DNA from: a virus | Length of the DNA stretch: 64,000 bases | Strand: one strand, 5' to 3' | IMG/VR virus record: IMGVR_UViG_3300045988_183612 | In this document: positions 57,068 to 64,000 of the stretch, in pieces | Layout: each line of letters starts with the position of its first letter | How positions within the stretch are numbered: the stretch's first letter is position 1 | The notes under the pieces: generated by a model | The model's input: the letters and a program-made list of their open reading frames with translations, nothing else | Database searches by the model: none | Told to the model about the DNA's origin: nothing | Made by a program: the position numbers and the translations under genes

Positions 57068-58003
57068 ATGCAAAAAATGAATTACGAAGATTTTCTTAAA
57101 CATCTTAAATTCGAATTACTTCAAAATATTGAAGATATTACACCAACAGATATAGTTTACACATCAGATAAGCTTATTTTTCATTCTAAAAATCAGTTTA
57201 TGCGTCCCTTAGAATTTAAATTAAATCAATTATATAAACAATATTTAAATAATTCGTCAATAGAAGAAATTGCATTGTCAATATCTGAAGCATTTTATAG
57301 AAACAAAAATTCTAATGGTAGTGAATATAAACTTAATAATTTAGCTCCAGAAATTAATTCAAATGATATAAAACACTATATTATGCCTCAATTAATACAA
57401 AAGCCGGACAATATGGAAGATTTAAGCGGCATTCCTCATAAGCCATTTTATGAGTTCGAAATAATTTATAATGTGATCATACCTAAAGAAAATTCAGAAG
57501 GTACAATGTTTGTAATTGATAATAACTATATGAGGGACATACTGAAAATTAATGAAAACGAATTGTACAATCTTGCAATTCATTCAATATATTCCAACAA
57601 ATATTTTATCAGTGTATTAGGTGATTATTTTTTGACGCAACTGGCAGATGATGATAATTATGAAAAGACAAAGAAAGAATTATCTTTTCTAAGTAATTCT
57701 GGTGGGTTTGAGAGCAAATGTATTAAAGGAATATATGCAATTCAAAATGTAATCGACTTTTATAATACAAGTGCTATTCTGAACAATAATTTGCTTAAGA
57801 ATATTTCAGAGAAACTGAAAACAAATTTATACATTATTCCTGTTACAGCACATATTCTGTTGATATGTAAATACAGTGAATTTACTCCTGAAGAAATTCA
57901 AATGGCATTAAAGATATTTGGTATTCAGGAAGAAGAAGATTATCTGAGTTCAGATATATTTATATTTAACAAAGAATCAGGTGAATTAAATAAAATAGAA
58001 TAA
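57068..58003 (+). CDS. hypothetical protein (311 aa)
   Basis: AAAAGGAGAAC RBS, motif at 57022. Confidence 0.5.
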   Translation: MQKMNYEDFLKHLKFELLQNIEDITPTDIVYTSDKLIFHSKNQFMRPLEFKLNQLYKQYLNNSSIEEIALSISEAFYRNKNSNGSEYKLNNLAPEINSNDIKHYIMPQLIQKPDNMEDLSGIPHKPFYEFEIIYNVIIPKENSEGTMFVIDNNYMRDILKINENELYNLAIHSIYSNKYFISVLGDYFLTQLADDDNYEKTKKELSFLSNSGGFESKCIKGIYAIQNVIDFYNTSAILNNNLLKNISEKLKTNLYIIPVTAHILLICKYSEFTPEEIQMALKIFGIQEEEDYLSSDIFIFNKESGELNKIE

Positions 58004-58042
58004 ATAATACAATATAATTTAAAACAGAAAGGAAAGAGAAAA

Positions 58043-58585
58043 ATGATTATAACTATATTAATAAATGTAGTCTTTGTTGTTTCATTGATTATGTTTAGTT
58101 TTTATTTTGTGACTGCAATCAAATACGATATAACTCTTATTGATAAGGCATATATGAGCTTACTTATAGGAGTATTCCCGGGAATTGTTAATGTAAGTTT
58201 TAAAAATTCTATAGCTACTGTGATAGTTTTATTAATTAGTGTAACGGCTCTTATATGGATAGCTTTTACAAAATTTTTTGAGAAAGAACATAAAAAAGAA
58301 ATTCTTTATGATTGTTTGCTTTATGATATATCACAGGATGATTTAAAGAAATTCAGACATATGAGCCGTAATAAACAGATTGCTTTTCTAAAGTCTGTTA
58401 TTACAACTGTAGAATCAGCAGAAAAAGAAGAGTCCACTGATGAGAACGGTAATAAGGTTATTACAACCAAGACAGTAATACAGCAAGTACCTTTAATTGA
58501 AAATGACGAAGAATTAGCAGAGTATGAACCAATTCTTAGAAAAAATAAAGTATGGAGCATTTATTATGACGCTTACAGGAAATGA
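58043..58585 (+). CDS. small membrane protein (AFLKS...YEPIL family)
   Basis: Two N-terminal TM helices. Shares QIAFLKS and YEPILR with 59147..59437. Confidence 0.5.
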   Translation: MIITILINVVFVVSLIMFSFYFVTAIKYDITLIDKAYMSLLIGVFPGIVNVSFKNSIATVIVLLISVTALIWIAFTKFFEKEHKKEILYDCLLYDISQDDLKKFRHMSRNKQIAFLKSVITTVESAEKEESTDENGNKVITTKTVIQQVPLIENDEELAEYEPILRKNKVWSIYYDAYRK

Positions 58586-58739
58586 TGCTGTTGATTTTTT
58601 TTGAATCAATGCAGCACCCAGACGAAAGGCAGCAGGAAATATTATCTAAGATTAAAAGCAATATAACCTTAAGGAATATTCCTAATGGGTATGAAGCTGA
58701 TATAAAGAATTTGGACATGTCTTTTTTAGGAGAAAAATA

Positions 58740-59015
58740 ATGACATTTAAAGAAGCTAGAAAAGAAGCAAGAAAAATAGCACAGCAAACTGGATATTGGG
58801 GATATATTTTTAAGGATAAATCCGGGGAATGGTTTACATCAGACTGTAATAATTTTACTTCTGATAATTCATTCTATGTAAATAAGGATGGTAAGATCCT
58901 TAACATGCAAAAATATGAGAAGATAAAAAAGAAGCTTGATAAGCAGGGAATTAAAGGACTGTGTTTATTTTCACCCGAATTAATGAAATATATTGAACAG
59001 CATGGTGATTATTAG
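58740..59015 (+). CDS. hypothetical protein
   Basis: GGAGAAAAATAATG RBS. Confidence 0.45.
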   Translation: MTFKEARKEARKIAQQTGYWGYIFKDKSGEWFTSDCNNFTSDNSFYVNKDGKILNMQKYEKIKKKLDKQGIKGLCLFSPELMKYIEQHGDY

Positions 59016-59146
59016 AAATATGATAAAAAAATTACAATATATAGTGATTTTTCTTTAATTTAAGTTAGTACATTTACACTACTTAAATATAAAATAGTGT
59101 GGATTTTACACTATTTAGATAGAAGATAATAAATGGGGGGCTATTT

Positions 59147-59437
59147 ATGAAGATTATTATACTTTCGTTTGTTATAACTTTTATGGTAATAATGCTGTTT
59201 AAATCAACTATTGATTTAATTGACAGAGTAAAAGAGAAGTCATTTCTATATAGTCTTATTGAGCAATGCACTGATTGCAGCCATGATGAGATTATTACCT
59301 TTAAGAAGCAGTTATCAAGGGAAGAGCAGATGGCATTTTTAAAGTCACTTAAGTATAAGGAGTCTTATAAGAATGGATTTCTTATTACAGAAGAGATAGA
59401 TTTAAAAATATATGAACCAATACTAAAAAGGAGATAA
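59147..59437 (+). CDS. small membrane protein (AFLKS...YEPIL family)
   Basis: TM helix plus QMAFLKSL...YEPILKRR. Paralog of 58043..58585. Confidence 0.5.
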   Translation: MKIIILSFVITFMVIMLFKSTIDLIDRVKEKSFLYSLIEQCTDCSHDEIITFKKQLSREEQMAFLKSLKYKESYKNGFLITEEIDLKIYEPILKRR

Positions 59438-59440
59438 GTT

Positions 59441-60118
59441 ATGAAATTTAAGAAAAAGAAATCATTTTGGAAAGAATTTTTTAATGAGTGTATAGGAGTA
59501 ATATTAGTCGGGGCAATTATAATATATATTGCCTTATCTGCCATTATAGGAAATCTGATATTGCCATACATAAATAATGGAAAAGAAATAAATCCGTATA
59601 TAGAAGATGTAAGCAGTAAGTTTACAATATTTTTAATAAAAACAATCATAGGTGCTATATATCTATTTGGCGCAATTTTCATGCTGTTAATTGCTTTTGC
59701 TATTATAAGCATAATTGTAATAGCAATAGTAACCGGAATAACACATATAACAGCCGTAAAACGATATACATATTTGCCTCTTACAGTAGATGAAGTAAGA
59801 GAAGCTATAAATGCAGGATTATTTAAAGATACTCCTGAAAGCTATACAGATTATCTTACAAAACAGATGAAGTATTTTGATGGCAGTATAACCTTTTCAG
59901 TTGATGATATGAAAATAATAACAAAAACAATAAAAGAAATATGGGATGAATCATTTAAACTTAATAAAGATTATCTTATCAGGAATAAAATAGAAAGTTA
60001 TGATTATCTCCCATTTGAATTTAGGGATGACAGAGATGATTTATTTTGCCAGTTAAAGAAAGGCAAAACAGTAACTTTTGATATGGATGAAGGGTCTTTG
60101 ATTCAGACTATTAAATAA
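59441..60118 (+). CDS. hypothetical membrane protein
   Basis: AAAAAGGAG RBS. Two hydrophobic helices. Its last ~90 bp are duplicated at 60517..60605. Confidence 0.5.
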   Translation: MKFKKKKSFWKEFFNECIGVILVGAIIIYIALSAIIGNLILPYINNGKEINPYIEDVSSKFTIFLIKTIIGAIYLFGAIFMLLIAFAIISIIVIAIVTGITHITAVKRYTYLPLTVDEVREAINAGLFKDTPESYTDYLTKQMKYFDGSITFSVDDMKIITKTIKEIWDESFKLNKDYLIRNKIESYDYLPFEFRDDRDDLFCQLKKGKTVTFDMDEGSLIQTIK

Positions 60119-60134
60119 AAGAGAGAGGCATGGA

Positions 60135-60497
60135 ATGAAAAAAATTGGGACTATAATATTATATTTTATAATCGGAGTTACAGTCATAGCAGTTATGAAA
60201 GAAACCACAGAAGAAGTCCAGCTTTACAGTATCAGTACGGATAAGGAATATGAAGGTTCATTTGTATTAGGTTCAGGAAGTATTGATTCACAGGAATATA
60301 TAACTGCTTATCAAATTACAGAAGATGGTGGTAAGAAGTATTTCAAAATGAATAGAGATAAAGTAACAATCTATGAGACATTAAACAATAATGAACAGGC
60401 TTATGCCGTGATAAAAAAGGCTTTATTAGGTATTGAAGAAATTAAATTGTATGTTCCAAAAAATACAATAGAAAAGGAAATTAATCTTAATTTATAG
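60135..60497 (+). CDS. membrane-anchored hypothetical protein
   Basis: N-terminal signal or TM helix. GAGAGAGG RBS. Confidence 0.45.
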   Translation: MKKIGTIILYFIIGVTVIAVMKETTEEVQLYSISTDKEYEGSFVLGSGSIDSQEYITAYQITEDGGKKYFKMNRDKVTIYETLNNNEQAYAVIKKALLGIEEIKLYVPKNTIEKEINLNL

Positions 60498-60516
60498 TAG
60501 GGATAAATTTTGGATT

Positions 60517-60605
60517 GACAGATATGATTTATTTTGCCAGTTAGAGAGAAACAAAACAGTTGCTTTTGATATTGATGGTTGTTCTTTAATTCAAAATGTC
60601 AAATA
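60517..60605 (+). pseudogene. duplicated 3' fragment of gene 59441..60118 (no start codon)
   Basis: ~75% nucleotide identity to 60029..60118. It encodes DRYDLFCQLERNKTVAFDIDGCSLIQNVK*, compared with DRDDLFCQLKKGKTVTFDMDEGSLIQTIK*. Confidence 0.6.
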
Positions 60606-60702
60606 AAGAAAAAGGAAAAATTTTGATACATTTGATGATACTGATATAAAAAATCAAAAAGACAAAATTAATAAAGAATCATTAATAGTAGGAGAATAAG
60701 GT

Positions 60703-61224
60703 ATGAATTTAAAATTAAAAACACATAACGAATATTTGAATATTAATTTTGATAATGCGACTGATGAAAATATTAATAAATCTTTATCAAAAAAACGAAT
60801 AGCTAAAATTGTTTTAGCAGGTATTCTTATATGTTTTATTTTAAGAATTATAAGTTTGATTATAAAACTTACATTTATTTCAATAATTGCGTTAATAGGT
60901 TTTAGTGTTTTTATATATTTAAGTTTATTTATATTTATCAGTAAAGACATTGATTCCACTGTTATAGGTATTAAAAATTTAAAATATTGGGATAAAATAA
61001 TAGCTTTAAAAAAGGTTATTCAAGAAATAGACATGAATAAAGAAGTATATTTTCAATCAGATTTTACAGAGCTTCTTTATTTTAAAAAAAATAGCAGCAT
61101 ATATTCTGAATATAAGTTACCTTTAAGTGAAATAAAATATTCTGAATCAGATAACTTTGATTTAACTTATGACAAAAATACATTAAATATAATTTTGTAT
61201 GTTCCTATAAAATACATGTATTGA
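60703..61224 (+). CDS. hypothetical membrane protein
   Basis: AGGAGAATAAGG RBS. Central double TM segment. Confidence 0.5.
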   Translation: MNLKLKTHNEYLNINFDNATDENINKSLSKKRIAKIVLAGILICFILRIISLIIKLTFISIIALIGFSVFIYLSLFIFISKDIDSTVIGIKNLKYWDKIIALKKVIQEIDMNKEVYFQSDFTELLYFKKNSSIYSEYKLPLSEIKYSESDNFDLTYDKNTLNIILYVPIKYMY

Positions 61225-61274
61225 AAAAGCAACAAATGATTTTATTCTTAATTCTAAAAGAAAGGATGATCGTT

Positions 61275-61565
61275 ATGACAGATAAAGAATTTCATGATTT
61301 GAATAATTATAAAAAAGAAATAGGAAAAATGAGTGTTGAAATGGCAAATGCAAAATTCCATAAAGGATATTCTGATGATTCTGATGGATATAGTTTTGAA
61401 GATTCAATAGCTGATTTAGAATTTAAGCGAGATATTCTAAGAGGAGTTGATCCTATTGACGCATTATGTGACCTACAAGAGAAAACACTTGTATATCAAT
61501 TATTAAATCCTAATCCAAATATTTATGAGCAGGAAGAAATTTTTGATTACGATGAGGATTATTAA
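61275..61565 (+). CDS. hypothetical protein
   Basis: AAAGGA RBS, start MTDKEFHDL. Confidence 0.45.
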   Translation: MTDKEFHDLNNYKKEIGKMSVEMANAKFHKGYSDDSDGYSFEDSIADLEFKRDILRGVDPIDALCDLQEKTLVYQLLNPNPNIYEQEEIFDYDEDY

Positions 61566-62147
61566 TTACAGTAAAATAAAATCTACCATAGGAGCAGGAA
61601 CGAATTTCTTCTCAAAGAAAGCAAGAAAAGAACAATCGAAAATATTGAAACTAATGGCTTTGAAGAATATGACATTGAAACTGAAGAAGAATGGAAAGTT
61701 ATTAAAAATGAAATTTTAGATATTTGTATTGAATGTATTAAGAAGCTAAACCTTTGGAGACCCACTTATACCTTGTACTCAGCATAATTTTATCAGCTAT
61801 CCAATATAGTATTAAATTTGCACTTTAGAATTTATATCCTGACATACCACATTAAAACTAAATACAATCTGATTTTTGTATAGAAGATGATTGAAGCCAT
61901 ACCCTGTTATATTAAACTGCTAAACACATGTATAGCTCTTAATGTTAACAGGGTATTTTATGTTTTTCTCTGACATTCAGATACTTCTGTTTGGATATCA
62001 GATCATATGCTTATTTTTACATATAGGTTCCCCATCAAACCATAAATTAGTAACTTAAAGCTTCGGCAGGATTACTGATATTACTTGAAAATATAAACGG
62101 CACACTTAATGATATATGCTTTTTATGTCAAAAATTTAATTTAAAAT

Positions 62148-62158
62148 TCTGCCATATT
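62148..62158 (+). promoter_or_regulatory. TTCTGTCATAT-family motif (CTGCCAT variant)
   Basis: TTCTGCCATAT, 60 bp upstream of the next copy. Confidence 0.35.
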
Positions 62159-62205
62159 AACTTTAGCAATTTAAATTTCTGAATAAAAAATTTAAATATT
62201 ATTTA

Positions 62206-62216
62206 TTCTGTCATAT
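62206..62216 (+). promoter_or_regulatory. TTCTGTCATAT-family motif
   Basis: TTCTGTCATAT, 46 bp before ATG 62254. Confidence 0.6.
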
Positions 62217-62253
62217 TAATAAATAAAAAATATAAATAAGAAAGGAAATAAAA

Positions 62254-62601
62254 ATGAGTAAAATACAATTATTAAAAAGAAGCAAAAAAATGTTTTATTG
62301 TTTCCCGGCAATTTGTCTGTTGTTATCAGGATGTGGATTATTTAATAATAGTGTGCAACCAATTAATATAGTTACAGAGGAAAGTACTGTTTCAAACAAT
62401 AATCAGACTTATATTGATAACAAAGAATATGACAAAATAGTTATAAACAGTGAAGAAGAAGCTGAAGCTTTATTAAATGCCAATACATTACCGGTAACAA
62501 TCAATACTGAATCAATTTCTTATGATGGTCCTATAGACCCTGAAACTATTAATCAAGAAGTAAAAGAAAAATATGGAGAAAATGCTGAATTTGACATGTA
62601 G
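62254..62601 (+). CDS. lipoprotein (lipobox LSGC)
   Basis: Signal peptide with LLSGCGLF lipobox. Motif at 62206. Ends at TAG, but the frame stays open and protein-like for 63 more codons to 62790. Confidence 0.55.
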   Translation: MSKIQLLKRSKKMFYCFPAICLLLSGCGLFNNSVQPINIVTEESTVSNNNQTYIDNKEYDKIVINSEEEAEALLNANTLPVTINTESISYDGPIDPETINQEVKEKYGENAEFDM

Positions 62602-62842
62602 GAATGGAATATCAAAATAACTACATACACATTACCGGATGGAACAAAACTTCAAACAAGTAATGAAACTTCTTTTAATTCAGGAAGCAGTTTTATATTT
62701 AATGATAATAACAATAATGAGTATCGTTTTTATAATTTTATGGAAAACCAAGAGGGTTTTTATGTAATTCCCAGCAAATTATATCAGCTATAAAAGAGCA
62801 GATTAATTAATGAAAATCAAAAAATAAGAAAGGAAACATAAA

Positions 62843-63106
62843 ATGATAAAAAATTCTGATACTTTCAAAAATTGTACAAATTTAACAGAAATTGTAGGTA
62901 TTAATAATTGTACAAGTTTAACAGAGATAACAATACCAGATAGTGTAAAAACTATAAGTATGTACGCATTTAATAAATGTACTAATTTAACAAGTGTAAT
63001 ATATAAAGGAACTACATATACAACTAAAAGTAGCTTATCCAGTGCTTTAAAAGCTAATGGTGTAAAATGTGATTCAGATGCATTTAATAATGCAGGATTA
63101 AAATAA
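62843..63106 (+). CDS. BspA-type leucine-rich repeat fragment protein
   Basis: Two CTNLTEI...IPDSVKTI...AFNKCTNLTSV repeats. Followed by terminator 63122..63149. Confidence 0.5.
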   Translation: MIKNSDTFKNCTNLTEIVGINNCTSLTEITIPDSVKTISMYAFNKCTNLTSVIYKGTTYTTKSSLSSALKANGVKCDSDAFNNAGLK

Positions 63107-63121
63107 AATATAAATATCTTT

Positions 63122-63149
63122 AAGCCGGTTACTTTTGTAGCCGGCTTTT
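63122..63149 (+). terminator. rho-independent terminator
   Basis: AAGCCGGTTACTTTTGTAGCCGGCTTTT. Confidence 0.7.
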
Positions 63150-63283
63150 CTGATGCGTTTTTAAATCATTTAATACTATAAAAATTGTTAGCATTGTATA
63201 TAATTAAATGACAAAAACAAATACAAGAACCATTAAAAAAGATATTGAAAACAAATATTTTGTGTCAAATAATTTATTTAATT

Positions 63284-63294
63284 TTCTGTCATAT
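63284..63294 (+). promoter_or_regulatory. TTCTGTCATAT-family motif
   Basis: TTCTGTCATAT, 46 bp before ATG 63332. Confidence 0.6.
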
Positions 63295-63331
63295 AGTATA
63301 GGAAAATATATTATATAAAGGAGAATTCACT

Positions 63332-63769
63332 ATGTTAATTGATGATTTAAGAAACAATATTAAAATTTCTTTAAAGGAGAAGATTGAAACAAGAAATAGT
63401 ATTAATTATTCTGTATACAAGAATATATTAGACAAGGCTCAGAAAGATGCAAAAGAAAATAAATGTGATGTAATTGCTGATGAATATATAATAAGAGCAG
63501 CAAGAAAGGAATTAAAGCAGCTTGAGGATACTCTTTCATATATTACAAACGAGAGTGATCCAAAGAGATTTTCAGAGCTTACAGAAAGCATTGCAGTTGT
63601 AAATAATTTCTTACCTAAGTCTGTATCAAAGCAGGAAATTGCTGAATATTTATTAGACTCTCATATTGAAAAGAATATGGGAATATGTATGAAATCACTT
63701 AAGCTCAAGTTTGGAGCATTGTTAGACAGTAAAATTGCATCAGAAGTTGTAAAGGAATATATTAAATAA
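63332..63769 (+). CDS. hypothetical protein
   Basis: AAAGGAGAA RBS, motif at 63284. Confidence 0.5.
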   Translation: MLIDDLRNNIKISLKEKIETRNSINYSVYKNILDKAQKDAKENKCDVIADEYIIRAARKELKQLEDTLSYITNESDPKRFSELTESIAVVNNFLPKSVSKQEIAEYLLDSHIEKNMGICMKSLKLKFGALLDSKIASEVVKEYIK

Positions 63770-63799
63770 TATGAATAAAAGAAAAGAGAGGTATTAAAT

Positions 63800-63997
63800 A
63801 TGCTTGGTTGCCCATTTTGCGGTCATTCTGATGGGAATGATGATGAAATCATTGAGAAAGAAATTAATTATATGAATAATGAAGAATGCCAGATTGATAT
63901 TATAAAAGAATGTGATATATGTGGAAAAAAGTATAAGGTTGAAAAGACATTCACTAAATCCTATGAAAAGTATTCTTATGATTATGATTGTAATTAA
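63800..63997 (+). CDS. small zinc-ribbon protein
   Basis: CPFCGH...CDICGKKY four-Cys arrangement. RBS GAGAGG. Confidence 0.45.
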   Translation: MLGCPFCGHSDGNDDEIIEKEINYMNNEECQIDIIKECDICGKKYKVEKTFTKSYEKYSYDYDCN

Positions 63998-64000
63998 ATA

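Noticed and set aside
58608-58739. Possible 43-aa ORF (MQHPDERQQEILSKIK...) overlapping the start of gene 58740
   Set aside because: Weak RBS and short. Kept out of the feature list, although a TAATG overlap with the next gene makes coupling possible.
1-64000. Global stop-codon reassignment (TAG recoded)
   Set aside because: TAG terminates three well-supported genes (28463, 38183, 45967), each followed by a terminator. Long ORFs are intact under the standard code. Only two local in-frame TAG cases remain unexplained.
1-64000. CRISPR arrays, rRNA and tRNA genes
   Set aside because: No regularly spaced direct repeats with unique spacers. No cloverleaf candidates with a GTTCRANYC T-loop were found in the GC-richer patches (5760..5815, 39570..39760, 44787..45211 is an intron).

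Overview
Strongly AT-rich 64-kb segment of what looks like a jumbo phage or phage-plasmid of a low-GC Firmicute (standard code; TAA is the dominant stop, TAG and TGA are also used). About 70 genes, almost all on the + strand, short, tightly spaced and punctuated by many clean rho-independent terminators. The dominant signal is a conserved 11-mer (consensus TTCTGTCATAT) found 40+ times, with its C positioned a near-constant 40-48 bp upstream of start codons. The same window encodes a sigma-70 family sigma factor (54760..55788), so together these look like a phage-specific transcription system. Recognisable cargo: a MobV relaxase (minus strand, window start), a PARP-like ADP-ribosyltransferase, an HD-GYP/GGDEF c-di-GMP pair, a class A penicillin-binding protein, two UvrD-type helicases (one fused to a Cas4/RecB-like nuclease), RecJ-like, RuvC-like, RecA, a flotillin-like SPFH protein, two CPBP/Abi proteases, a DNA methyltransferase, a Lar-like anti-restriction protein, a 5'-3' flap exonuclease and a Pol-beta nucleotidyltransferase. 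A DnaE-type Pol III alpha is encoded in three pieces: exons 1 and 2 are separated by an ORF-less group I intron, and the C-terminal third is a separately expressed ORF 5.7 kb downstream behind a 10-gene insertion. Non-coding features include a 55-bp structured repeat (5 copies), three promoter-to-terminator units with no ORF (candidate sRNAs), and a 1.2-kb ORF-free region with TATATATTGTTA iterons (candidate origin). Two in-frame TAG codons interrupt otherwise continuous coding sequence. No CRISPR array, rRNA or tRNA was found.
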